From positions 295,678,001-295,742,000 of the forward strand of contig OZ024740.1 in the NCBI GenBank assembly GCA_964016885.1: DNA of 64,000 nt, in the 5' to 3' direction. A program made the translations under genes and the position numbers. Each line of letters starts with the position of its first letter. Within the stretch, counting starts at the first letter, position 1. The notes under the pieces are model-generated. The model was not told the origin of the DNA, did no database searches, and saw nothing but the letters and a program-made list of their open reading frames with translations. Shown here one piece after another: positions 27,309 to 39,429 of the stretch. This DNA is from Eledone cirrhosa. Lineage: Eukaryota.

Positions 27309-27316
<8 letters not shown>
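27172..27316. repeat. 145-bp hairpin (69-bp arms, 7-nt loop) with decayed hammerhead-like motif
   Basis: atatttattaaaataacag...gggatcttct-gagttta-agaagatccc...ttattttaataaatat; arms contain agaaga-tcccgttaggggt-gaaa. Confidence 0.9.
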
Positions 27317-27344
<28 letters not shown>

Positions 27345-27345
<1 letters not shown>

Positions 27346-28645
27346 AATATCTTTAAGTCGTTTGGAAGCCTCGACAATGCAAATGGGTAAATCTCCGGGT
27401 AACAAGATCCGGTGGTGGAGAGAGAGATGTAAGTGGGTGTACATTGAGATGCGTGGTGTGTATAAGATGTGTAGAAGAATGAAGGAAAGAGTATAAAGGA
27501 TAAAATAAAATAATAAAAATAACAACACGAGAGAGAGTTACCTTGGGAGAGATTTAATTGTCCCTATATATTTCGGATTCACATCCATCAACTGGGGTTT
27601 TTTTTTCCGGGGTGGGGGAAAGGTTGTCTGTCGGAAAGGTGCGAAACGCGTCCCCCGCTGTTTGTTGTTTTGAATATCTGAGGTATTCAGCAGAGCGCGC
27701 GTGCGCGTGAAATGGGGTCGGTCGGGCAGAGGTCAGCTGCCGAATGAGGGAGAGGGGTGGCGCTAGCTGTCAGTCCATTCTCTGCCTATTTGTTAAATGT
27801 TACTGTGTGTGTGTGTGTGCGTGTGTTGTCTCGCTTGAGTGTGTGTGTGCGTGTGTTGTTGCCTTGTTCCTCTGTATTGGCAGTGTAGTATGTTCGTATG
27901 GTGGAATGCTACTGTGTGTGTGTGCGTGTGTGTGTGTAGTTGTCTCGTTTGTGTGTGTGTGCGTGTGTTGCTGCATCGTTTGTTAACTTAAACCAGCCAT
28001 CTCATTTCGCTTTTCTCGGATCGATTGTTTATTTGCGGTTGCAGGCGTTTGATAAAAAGCGCTTCCTTGATACGTAACGTGCCGACGTTTCTTTCAGTCG
28101 CTAGAATTGTGACAATGGGCCTTCCGTCTTTGTTTCCGCATTTGTCTATGTGTTTCCGGAAAGACGAGGCCCTGGTTTTAGTGTGTTCCTTGATCCGGAT
28201 GTGCAAAGGTCGGATTGTGCTACCTATGTAGTATTGGTTGCACTTGTCACATTCTATCTTATACACGACGTATGTGCGTAGGCAACAGTTCGCATGGTGT
28301 ATCGGGCAGTCTCTGAGGGAGCATGCGTCAGTTGATTTCCCGGGTTTCCTGGAGAGGCATCTTCGCAGGGAGGGGCCCGAGTGGGCCAGGTGGATGTCGA
28401 GGCCCTCCCTCCGTATAGCCTTGCGGATAACGTTGGTGGTATTCTCGCCCAGGTGTGGCATTTTAAGGAAGCACTTGCCTTGGGTGCCTCTCTGTCTCTT
28501 GTGTCTGGTGTCTCCTATTCTGTCTGTGAGCGAGGTAGGGTACCCGTTCGTCTCCAGCACCTCGAGGAATCGCTTGGTATGAGTGACACCACTCGCGGGA
28601 TCGCTGCATCTGTTTTTGATTCGCGCGATCTCGTTCGTGATGTAT
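27345..28645 (-). mobile_element. 5'-truncated Penelope-like element
   Basis: GIY-YIG coding tail followed by about 640 bp of non-coding pLTR-like sequence ending at (TA)n; decayed hammerhead at 27562-27597. Confidence 0.85.
27988..28645 (-). CDS. Penelope-like linker plus GIY-YIG endonuclease (C-terminal fragment)
   Basis: YITNEIARIKNRCS...LETNGYP...CSLRDCPIH...VVYKIECDKCNQYYIGSTIRPLHIRIKEH...EALFIKRLQPQIN: GIY-YIG motifs with the catalytic R, E and N positions. Confidence 0.9.
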
Positions 28646-28661
28646 GGCCAAATGTATGGAC

Positions 28662-28692
<31 letters not shown>

Positions 28693-28696
28693 TGTA

Positions 28697-28780
<84 letters not shown>

Positions 28781-29568
28781 TAAACTGTTGTGAATTCCGC
28801 ATAAAAATGATAAGCTCCCATCAAATGGAATCTGCTGTGTAGTTTAGTTTCTATTCCAAACTGTGACTATTTTACTTTTAACCCGGGTACACGTCTCAAG
28901 TTGTTATAGTTTCTCCCACAAGACAGAGTTCTCAATTTCGACTTTGTTTTACAAATAGGAAAATTACTACTATCGTTTTATCTGAAACATGGATTAAAAG
29001 TTATAAGATTATTATAAACTTTCTGAATTTGTTTAGCAAGATTCTTTATCTGAAATCGTGTGTTGAAACCGATATTGTTATACTTTGGGAGGGTCATGTT
29101 GCCAATAAGAAACACACGCACCAGTTGCTTTCACTTCAATTTAATTTATTAAATATTTATAAATTTACTAATTTATAAATTTCTGGTTGGTTGGTTGGTT
29201 CCACAACCAGATAGTTGTTTATATATATATAGTCATAGTTCTTTCGTCACACACTCTGTGACCTCTTCAGTGACTGGGGATTTCTTTCTTCGTTTCTGTG
29301 CCTTTCCTTTCTTCTATCCTACGCCATTTTGTTTGTGTGTGGGTTGCGTGCTCAGTTTGCGCATGCGCCACATCCGGGTGTCTGTGTGTGTTTGTGTTCA
29401 TTTTTCTATTTTTCTATTTATATTTTTTTTTTATTTTTTATTTGTTTGTTTATTTATTTATTTATTGTTGGTTGGTTGTTTGTTCTATGTGTGTGTGTGT
29501 TTTCATTTTGTGTGTGTTTTCAATTGTAAGTTGTTTGTTCGATGTGTGTGTGTGTTTTCATTTTGTCC

Positions 29569-30092
29569 TTAATTGTAAGTTGTGATGTTGCTGTTCCACT
29601 CATATTTTCTATTTAATTTTGGTTTTAATTCTTTTATGCTTACTGCCTCTGTAATTTTCCTAAACATTGCGTCTTTCTTGTGTGTGGATTCTATTTTTAT
29701 TTCTATGCTCTCTAATTTACCCCTGTGTTCTATCTTAGCATGTTGGTAGAGCACAGATGATTCTTTATTATCTTGGAGGTCTCGCCAGTGTTCATTTATT
29801 CGTTCCCCTATACTACGAGCTGTCTCACCTATGTACACTACATTTTTGTTTCTACATTGTCCTTCAGTACATCTTATGCTATATACTACATTTCTAGTTT
29901 TACAGTTAATATGGGGGCTTATTTTACAGGTTATACATTTCTTATCTATACATGAGGGTCTTTGGAACGGGTATGTCTTGCTAATAAGTGTTTTTACGGA
30001 GGTACCAGGTCTTTCTACTATCTTAATATTGAGGTTATGTTTCTTTAGGGCCCTTCTAAATTTGTAGGCTAGTTCGCCTCTAGGGGTTGTAT
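29569..30092 (-). CDS. GIY-YIG endonuclease fragment (mirror copy)
   Basis: Reverse complement of 30150-30677; one visible K/Q difference (MFRKITE vs MFRQITE). Confidence 0.85.
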
Positions 30093-30140
30093 TGTATCAA
30101 TCGCCTCTAGGGGTTGTATTGTATCAATCGCCTCTAGGGG

Positions 30141-30677
30141 TTGTATTGTATCAATACAACCCCTAGAGGCGAACTAGCCTACAAATTTAGAAGGGCCCTA
30201 AAGAAACATAACCTCAATATTAAGATAGTAGAAAGACCTGGTACCTCCGTAAAAACACTTATTAGCAAGACATACCCGTTCCAAAGACCCTCATGTATAG
30301 ATAAGAAATGTATAACCTGTAAAATAAGCCCCCATATTAACTGTAAAACTAGAAATGTAGTATATAGCATAAGATGTACTGAAGGACAATGTAGAAACAA
30401 AAATGTAGTGTACATAGGTGAGACAGCTCGTAGTATAGGGGAACGAATAAATGAACACTGGCGAGACCTCCAAGATAATAAAGAATCATCTGTGCTCTAC
30501 CAACATGCTAAGATAGAACACAGGGGTAAATTAGAGAGCATAGAAATAAAAATAGAATCCACACACAAGAAAGACGCAATGTTTAGGCAAATTACAGAGG
30601 CAGTAAGCATAAAAGAATTAAAACCAAAATTAAATAGAAAATATGAGTGGAACAGCAACATCACAACTTACAATTAA
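30141..30677 (+). CDS. Penelope-like GIY-YIG endonuclease (C-terminal fragment, no true start)
   Basis: TPRGELA...CIDKKCITC...NVVYSIRC...YIGETARSIGERINEH...RQITEAVSIKELKPKLNRKYEW. Confidence 0.9.
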   Translation: MYCINTTPRGELAYKFRRALKKHNLNIKIVERPGTSVKTLISKTYPFQRPSCIDKKCITCKISPHINCKTRNVVYSIRCTEGQCRNKNVVYIGETARSIGERINEHWRDLQDNKESSVLYQHAKIEHRGKLESIEIKIESTHKKDAMFRQITEAVSIKELKPKLNRKYEWNSNITTYN

Positions 30678-30970
30678 GGACAAAATGAAAACACACACAC
30701 ACATCGAACAAACAACTTACAATTGAAAACACACACAAAATGAAAACACACACACACATAGAACAAACAACCAACCAACAATAAATAAATAAATAAACAA
30801 ACAAATAAAAAATAAAAAAAAAATATAAATAGAAAAATAGAAAAATGAACACAAACACACACAGACACCCGGATGTGGCGCATGCGCAAACTGAGCACGC
30901 AACCCACACACAAACAAAATGGCGTAGGATAGAAGAAAGGAAAGGCACAGAAACGAAGAAAGAAATCCCC

Positions 30971-31015
30971 AGTCACTGAAGAGGTCACAGAGTGTGTGAC
31001 GAAAGAACTATGACT
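30971..31015 (+). ncRNA. Minimal hammerhead ribozyme in the Penelope pLTR
   Basis: agtca-CTGAAGA-g-gtcac agagtgt gtgac-GAAA-gaac-TA-tgact: perfect stem I and 5-bp stem II. Mirror copy on the - strand at about 29231-29275. Confidence 0.78.
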
Positions 31016-31795
31016 ATATATATATAAACAACTATCTGGTTGTGGAACCAACCAACCAACCAGAAATTTATAAATTTGTAAATTTATAAATATTTAATAA
31101 ATTAAATTGAAGTGAAAGCAACTGGTGCGTGTGTTTCTTATTGGCAACATGACCCTCCCAAAGTATAACATTATTATAAACGTTATTTTGGTAACATTAA
31201 GTATCAACAGTCATCGATAAACTGAAACACTCGTCTCTAACCACTCTCATAAAGGTTCAGTAAATAACTGAAGATGAACATTGCTGAAACGTGACACAGA
31301 ACAGAAAACAACGTAAAAATATGTCCAATTCGGGTTTCCTTACATGAGAAAGTATTTGCAAGATTTCGAGCTTATAAGCCAATTATTCGTTTAGATAACA
31401 TGTGAAGAATGTATGATAGTGATAAGAGACCGCTAACATATGATAAGAGCAAGACATACAAAGTTTAGTTGATCTGTAAATATATATGCGCGTGTGCCTA
31501 GAAGAAATTTCTTTTTCAGAAAGATAACTATAGACGGATAGTTTTTTAGGGATTTTAAGTCACAGAGAAATGTATATTTGTAGAATGCGAAAGTGAATGA
31601 AAGGGGTTACTATGAAATCCAACAACTCTTCAATTAGACTCGTGAAAAACCCAGATAAGATTATATATTGAAGTATATATATGTGTGTGTGTTATCGACA
31701 TGCTGCGTGTGCATACAAAATCTGTGAAACGCATGACAGCAATCTCTTATGTTTTTTCTTCGTATACAGAAGAAATTATAGTATGTGCATTTCGT

Positions 31796-31855
<60 letters not shown>

Positions 31856-31858
<3 letters not shown>

Positions 31859-32100
31859 TATTGTTAAATTCAAGTGAGAAAAACTCTATTTATGGGAATA
31901 CAAACCAGCTAGACAAAAACAATATTATATTTAAACTCGTTTATATAAAGATCTCCCCACAATGGTTTCGTTTGCGGAAGAATTCTTATTGGAGCCACTA
32001 ATAATTGAAGAATCCGCAATACTCTTCAGGGAATGTAAATTATTCAAAGGCTAAGAGAATCCTCACCAAGAAATTATATATACTGTTTCATTTGCCGAGG
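31856..32100 (-). mobile_element. Penelope pLTR-like 3' end with decayed hammerhead (31953-32034)
   Basis: Minus strand ttcc-CTGAAGA-gtattgcgga...tccgcaaac-GAAA-ccattg-TG-ggga; cleavage position is G (predicted inactive); ends in (TA)n. Confidence 0.6.
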
Positions 32101-32325
32101 CAGCAGGGTGAACAATAAACCACGTTGTGTAGTAGGAATATTAGGCGATAAAAAATCTCTTAACATATTAGGACTATGCGACAGGTTTATAGTGCCGCTA
32201 GAAATAGCAGCCAAAAGACTCTTTGGTACAATTCGACAAATTAAGGAGTAGTTGAATATTGATTAAAGGTTAAACTTCTCAATGAGTGGAACCACTCATA
32301 TATATATATATAAATATATATATCT

Positions 32326-33218
32326 TCTTTCGTTGCTACGGTCCCCGCGGCTGAATTACCGGTCGCTATCTTCAATTTGCAAAGCCTTTTAAACAGTATG
32401 TTATTACTCTAAGGTTTTATACCTTATCGTCTTCTTGGCTGCACTTCTGAATGCATTTGTCGGCTTAGCTGCGGCTCGAGCTTCGAGTATGCTGTACTTC
32501 CATGTGTATTACTATCTCCTAGACCTAATGATTAATTGATTAATTTAATTAGACAATTCTATTGATTGGTTAATTATTTATGTTTGTTTAATAATGATCT
32601 GGTTAAGTGCTTAATTCAGTTTGTGTACGGAACTTATTCCATTGCTCATAATTTGAATTTGACCGCCATAAACCGGGTGTTAACTCTCTTTGGAGAAACA
32701 TGTGCTCTCACAACCGGACTGGCGTCAGAACGGAAGCCTGTTGAGAAAGTAAATCCTCTTTTCGATCTTCCAGAACCTTAACTTCCATACACCGCAAGCG
32801 GATTTTGTAGATTTCGGATTTACAGAAACCTAACTGAGATATTGCAAAATATCGAAGTGATGGTCCAGGTTTGTTATATATATATATAACGAAGTAGTTG
32901 TGGTAAGGAACCAGATGGACCATAACGCACCAGAGTACTCAATACTTAGGGTAGTAGAGTGGGTAATACTGCCGTCGGGGTCATACTTTCTTCTATATAT
33001 ATATATATATATATGTATGTATTTTTTCTCGCGAGTCAGTTCTTTCGCTGCTACGGTCCCCGCGGCTGAATTACCGGTCGCTATCTTCAATTTGCAAATC
33101 CCCTTAAATTGTATGTTATTACTCTAAAGTTTTATACCTTATCGAGTGGTTGGCTGCACTTCTGAATGAATGTGTCGGCTTAGCTGCGGCTCGAGCTTCG
33201 AATATGCTGTACTTCCAT
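32326..33218. repeat. Pair of about 180-bp direct repeats (32326-32503, 33041-33218)
   Basis: tctttcg(t/c)tgctacggtccccgcggctgaattaccggtcgctatcttcaatttgcaaa...gctgtacttccat occurs twice, each copy next to (TA)n. Confidence 0.9.
32887..32996 (-). mobile_element. Hairpin element family A copy 3 (one arm and centre deleted)
   Basis: taacgaagtagttgtggtaaggaaccagatggacc...gagtgggtaatact joined to gccgtcggggtcatactttcttctata. Confidence 0.85.
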
Positions 33219-33221
33219 TAG

Positions 33222-33266
<45 letters not shown>

Positions 33267-33448
33267 ACGTGTGTGTGTATCTTTCTATTTCATCTATTAT
33301 TTCACATTCTATATTTTAATGAATGACTAGTGTCCGACACGTTCCTATTATTTCAAGCATATAATTATATATTTCTTCGTTGTACTGTCGTTCGGTTTGT
33401 TATTTCTGTTTACTTTGTACATACATATGAATATATATACTCGTATAT

Positions 33449-33479
<31 letters not shown>

Positions 33480-33483
33480 CATA

Positions 33484-33600
33484 CAGTTGTCCCCCAGTAT
33501 TCGCGGGGGTACGTTCATAAAGGTCCCGCGAAGAGTGAAAAATCGCGAATATTAAACGTGCTCCATAAAAATCAAAACATGACATAAAATATAGGTCGGC
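33484..33600 (+). mobile_element. Tc1/mariner (pogo/Tigger-like) terminal fragment
   Basis: TA followed by cagttgtcccccagtattcgcgggggtacgttc...cccgcgaa...aatcgcgaat, resembling Tigger-type ends; partner end not seen. Confidence 0.55.
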
Positions 33601-33667
33601 AAATGCGATATATTGTTATTAATAATTTAGCGTTAAAAAATATATATTGCAACGATTAAAGCTATAA

Positions 33668-33736
<69 letters not shown>

Positions 33737-33738
33737 CG

Positions 33739-33773
<35 letters not shown>

Positions 33774-34667
33774 CGATGCGTATGAAGTAAATCCGGAAAC
33801 AAAATAAGCAATATGTCTACAATACAATGTATTTTAACATTTGTTATGAGAATATATTTATTTTTGTCAAAACCCATTTATATGTAAAAAAAAATGTACT
33901 TCCTTTCAAAACCAGTGTCATGTGGTTGCAATATTTGAAGATTTCGTTATCATCAAGTGTCTATTGCACGTCTGTCCAGCCAAACCCGACATTCTTGAAG
34001 CGATAAACACGTGTTTCGATTGAGGGAAATTTGACTTCTCCACTAAAATTTTAACGAAACATTCATCAGTTATACACTGCTCCAGTCTCTTATAATAGTG
34101 AGCTGCCATACGCTATATACTTACTTTGTAACCAAAGAGTGTGGGTCGTTTGAAAGCTTTAATAATTTCGGATGATTTAAAAACTCAAAATAATTATCAA
34201 ACAAAAATTATATTTTATAAGAAGTCATCAAGTGCAAGTTAAATAAATTTAACTTGTACTTGATGACTTCTATTATCTGACCTATGAATGAAGAGAAAAA
34301 GTAAAGGGATGGTCATAATAACAAAAAAACAAAAACAAAACAAAAAAACATGTTTATTTAATTTCTTGTCAAAATAGTTATAAATATTTAAAGTAATAAT
34401 AAATTGCACTGAATGTCACAGAAATTCCAAACTATATTGAAAAAGAAACAACAATAAAACACCAAAGCATTCCACTATGTCAAAGAGGAAATGTCACGTT
34501 TAATTACTTCTATGCGTAAAGCCAGGGCTATGTGGTTAAGGATGTCTCTACGCAACCACGTGGTTCAATATTTTGTCTTAATCACACATTGGGCTAATAG
34601 CTTCGTGTGTCCAAAATTCGACATCTTAAATTACATGAGGACTATGTATAATCAATGACCCTATATG

Positions 34668-34739
<72 letters not shown>

Positions 34740-34764
34740 CTTTTTCTACCCCTCACTCTGCATG

Positions 34765-36945
34765 CAGCTTCTTCGTCGCTCACTTATTCCTTGGAGTATC
34801 ATGGGAGCAGAGACCTCAAACATTCCTTCCAGCGGAGCAAGTCAGAAGCAACCGTTTCCAACTGATCCAAATGGATCCCCAAGCGAGACCAGCCAAGCTC
34901 ATGGATGTTATTCAACCATCTTGCTCGGGTCTACCACTGAATCTTCTACCAGTTGGTTTTGCCAGTAGAATTTGTCCATCGATTCTTGCCTGAGACATTC
35001 TAACCTCATGCCTGTAATATCGGAGCTGTGACCTCTCAATTCAGAGAAGTAGCGGCTCTACCTGGAGCGACTCTCTGATCTCCGAGCTACGTATTCTATC
35101 GAGAAATGTTACTCGAAAGACCCTTCGGAGTAACTCGGCCGCTTGTATTCGCGATCGTATTCTTTTGGGCATTACCCAAGATTCATGATCATAGGTAAGA
35201 CTTGGCATGAATACCGAATTGAATATAGCATCTCTTTTGGCTTTTACACTTACTTCTTCCCTTCTTCTGGTTGCCGAATGTTGAAGCTGGTGCAGGCTTT
35301 TGAGAGGACGAATGTCACAGTCTTCGCATCACTGGCTTTCATCCCAGTCGTGCAGCACTCAGCATCACACTTATTGCGGAGATCACCTGCAAATTCCAAC
35401 CGACTGATCTTAAACTCCCAAGTCGTGTTACCACGTGCAACACAACAGCGCATGTCAATCCTGTTCATGAAGATTAGGAACAGAAGAGGTAACAGTACGC
35501 AACCTTGGCAGAGTCCGACTCCCACGTTGAATGGTTTAGATTTAGCACCATGTATTCCCAAACAAATTCTAGGGCATTTGTATAGAGACAACAGGACAAC
35601 AAGCTATCCACTGATCCCATACTCCTACCGAGCCTTCCAGTGCAGGTCCCGTGGAATTCGGCCGTATGCCTTTTCAAGGTCTACAAAGCAAGAATACACT
35701 TGTTGGAAGTACTCCCATGATTTCTCAAAATCCAGTTTTAATATTTGGTCGGCTGTGCTGCATTCGGGGTGAAAACCACACTGTTCATCAGCTAGCTTGG
35801 ATTCGACAATATCCCTCTTTGCCAGACGCTTAGTATTTCCATTGTTTAGGTGGCTTTTCAGAGATTCGGGATACCCAGCATACAAAGGATACTTTCTCTC
35901 TATATATAAGGTTTTTAACATTTCAGGCCGAATTTCATCCTTCACGGGGGCTTTGCCACATCTGAGCTCTTTAATCACTCTTGTAACCTCAGCCTCCGAG
36001 AGATTAGACATCGCTCCCAGATTCACCTCGTATACACCAGAAAATGCTTTTGTGATCGAATTTAGGAGATCAGCAATGTATTCTCTGCACCTCACGAGGA
36101 TGCACCTCCCTGAAGAGAGAAAAACCTCAGACGCGTTCCTGACAGCAGGCATCGAGAAAGTATTTTTATTACGAAGTCGGCAGATAGTCTACATGAACAC
36201 TTATGCTGATCTGAAGTTGAATTGCAGCTTAACCCCAAAGTCCTCCCATGTCTTAACTTTGAATGTCTTTACTCCCTCTGCATCGAAGTTTCGCGCCTGC
36301 TTGTACCGCATATGCAAGAAGGAAGACTTATTTCCAAACCAAGCTTTGTAGGCCATATTTGCTCTGATGGCATCTTTGACCTCTTGATTGAACCAAGGAC
36401 TCCTCCTGCTACTAGGTGCCACATGAACTGCTTTTCCCCGCAACATTTAACAGCTGAAACAGAAAGATACGAGCCGAAAATTTCCACTCCGTTTCAATGT
36501 CACTAGTTTGCGCAGCGTTGTCTCTGAATTTGGATGCAATAGTATCCGCATACCTGACTCTGACTTCCTTATCCGCCTACGCTTCCCATTTTATCCCGTA
36601 GGTTGACCTGGACCTGTCTGCTGGCTTTGTATGCTTTCTTGGCTTTGGGTAGTCTCGAGTTACAGATAACTAGATGATAATCAGTTGACAGCCCAGCCTC
36701 TCTCTTAACACGAGCATCCAACACAGTATCGAAGAGATCAGAGACAATGAAAAAAAATCAATTATTGATTTTTGTTTCCGAATCCCCTTATACCATCTAT
36801 ATTTAAATGCTGGAAGAAAGCGTCCATAATAGAGAGTCCATTGCTAGAACATAAGTCGTATAAGGCTTCTCCATTCGTATTTAGTTCGGGATCGGCGTTA
36901 TTTCCAATCACTTTTTTCCAAGTCAGTTCTGTCAATAACTATAGT
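34765..36945 (-). pseudogene. Decayed RTE-clade (Expander-like) LINE, APE plus RT
   Basis: Minus-strand peptides WKKVIGNNADPELNTNGEALYDLCSSNGLSIMDAFF, RVKREAGLSTDYHLV, GKAPVKDEIRPEMLK, EQCGFHP, CFVDLEKAY, GLCQGCVLLPLLFLIFM; many stops and deletions. Confidence 0.9.
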
Positions 36946-37507
36946 TGCAAAATGTATGCATGACAAAAGGTGACTGCACCTGTTCACCGCCCAAAACTCT
37001 TTACAGATGCCATAGACTTAATTTAAAAGTTGTTAGAATTTGAAAGAACAGACTACAGGTTATATTATTGAACAGACTACAGGTTATATTATTGTTATTT
37101 TCCTAAGTGAGAGAAATATATATGAGAAATATATATGATGTATAATTTTCAAATTCTGAAATCTCACACATAAGAGAGGAAAAGAAAAATATACCCTAAC
37201 ATATATAGTCTGTTTCTTCAACTTTTAACGGGCATTTGGAAGACTTCGATAAAAGCTTATTCTTTTCCAAACTGCGACACTGTTTACCAACGCCAAAATG
37301 TTTCTGGTGTGGAAAAAATCTCCAATAACGATTCATTGATGGAACTCCTTTACGGCTGAAAATTTGAGTAAAACACGTTTTAATTCTTTTTACACATTGT
37401 CTGGATTTCCAATCATTACACATGTTTATAATATTGTCGCAATGATTTCAAAAACTGCCTCGAAACTCAATTCTTATACGTATTATTTTAGGTACACAGT
37501 GAGTGTG

Positions 37508-37745
37508 GGGGATTAGCAGTATTGGTAGAGCGTCGGACAACATGCTTTGTGGCATGTAGTTAAGGCAGTATCGGTAGAGGCTCGGACGCCATACTTTGAC
37601 GCAAAAAGTTACGGCCCTTTCCATTCTGAATTCAAATCCCGCCGAGGTTAACTTTGCCTTTCATCCTTACGGGGTCGATAAAATAAAGTACCAGTAATAC
37701 ACTGGTTAATTGCTGGCCTTATGCCAAAAGTAGAAACAATTATTT
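37508..37745 (+). mobile_element. SINE copy with duplicated head
   Basis: gcagtattggtagagcgtcggac...gcagtatcggtagaggctcggac then the standard core and tail. Confidence 0.85.
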
Positions 37746-38225
37746 TATGTGCACTGAGGTATGGAACAACAGAATGGTATAAAACATGATAATGCATGCG
37801 TTGCCTAATAGAGAACAAAACAAACTGACTCGGATTCTCCAACTGTACATGATTAGTGATACACAGAAAAATAATAAAATAGTGAGAAGGTTCTCTCTGA
37901 GTTTCTTGGACTAAACATATATACATAAAAGTTTGTGTGATTATGACATAAACATTCACACATAAACTGTAACTACACACACGCTTGTTCTAAAGACACA
38001 TATACTCTCAGAAATGAGGGCAACAATATCCACACATACACCTACATCTATGCATACATTAATTCATTAATATATTCACAGATCTCTGAAATGTTTTGAC
38101 TCAAACAAAGACGTCTTGTTACTGCACTGAACTCTGTGTAAAGGAAATTAAACAATTTTTAAAGAAAAGCACACATACACACTCACACACACGTACATAC
38201 ATACATACATACATACATACATACA

Positions 38226-38259
<34 letters not shown>

Positions 38260-38284
38260 CATACATGCATACATAATATATCTA

Positions 38285-38730
38285 TGCAGAACTAATGAGA
38301 AAGCTGCAGATAGTCCACCATGACTATACATTCAGATTTATACCTATGATTATTGGGACATTGGGATATGTTAATACCTGCCTCAATACAAATCTTGAGA
38401 AGCTAGGCTTCACAGAAACAGAAAAAATACAACTAGTCAGGTACTTACAAGTACAATCCATTAATGGAACTGTAAAAATATGCAAAACATTCCAAAAATT
38501 CTGCATCTAATAAATGCATGTACACATGTATAGAGACAAAACATATGCATATGCACACATACAACTCAAAACATATATATCCACACATACATTAACATCC
38601 ATACCTGCACACACATGCATACATATCTATCTAGATGATGTTGTTTAAATTCCAATGAGAGAGTCTTGTATCTATATTAGAAACCGACTCTCTCTCTATT
38701 GGTAATAATTTATAAAATTCTAAAACCATA
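38285..38730 (+). mobile_element. 3' fragment of an RLE-type (R4/Dong-like) LINE
   Basis: FIPMIIGTLG...NLEKLGF...LQVQSINGTVKICKTF; homologous to 40365-40805; lies between (TACA)n runs. Confidence 0.75.
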
Positions 38731-38748
38731 ATACACATACATACATAC

Positions 38749-39277
38749 ATGATGGCTGCAAACTCTGCTAAGAGTACTGCAATCGCTTGTCAGATTATAA
38801 AGTTTGGTGGACTTTTAGGCTACAGCCAGTCACACAAACCTGTAACCTATCCTGGACAAGCAATTTCTGTGCTTTGAAGGTTTTTTTTAAGTGGGGAAAG
38901 GCCTTCCACTCGACCAATCCCACTCTCTGATCATCGAAAACACTACCCGAAAAGGAGAACTGGTCAACATCATCGGATGCTTCCGAAGCCGCAGGTTTTT
39001 TTTTCACAATTTCCATCTTCTAGAAAGGTGTTGTGACAACAACTGGAGGCCTTTCACTCCCAGGTGAAAAATAAAAGGACTATTTTGATGACCGTTGACT
39101 CTGTTGAGTTCCTCCTCCCTTTGCCGGGTCTTGTATTTCATCTCGCAAGGTGTCCAAATATCACCCTCCTCACCAAGCAAGCTTGGTGGGGTTGCCGGTT
39201 TAGTCGCTGATGTCCCAACCATGAGACAGGTTGCACTGGGTTACATGTTACTAGTAGCACTCGAGAGCGACCTGACA
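38749..39277 (-). mobile_element. Non-autonomous RTE derivative, subfamily 2
   Basis: Co-linear with 12361-12887. Confidence 0.85.
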
Positions 39278-39429
39278 TAGACATAGATAGACACATACAT
39301 TGTAAAGCGAGGAAACCATACAAGCCAATCTGGAAACATCTCTACCATTGGTCTGACTGTTTCACCAGTATCTGACAAAGACTACCACAGATACTTAGGG
39401 ATAGACAAAAATATATTCTATGATAGAAT

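Larger units (their letters stand above)
29020..31170. mobile_element. Penelope-like element inserted as a 2.1-kb inverted duplication
   Basis: Arms about 29076-30095 and 30150-31170 nearly identical; both encode GIY-YIG; flanked by the 12-bp direct repeat attattataaac. Confidence 0.92.

Noticed and set aside
27613-27656. Plus-strand hammerhead ending GAAACGCGTC
   Set aside because: No CUGANGA-like core or stem II upstream, and it is antisense to the PLE.
37196-37423. Possible LTR-retrotransposon integrase remnant (IFSRKGVP)
   Set aside because: Only one short motif; no DDE context or LTRs recognisable.
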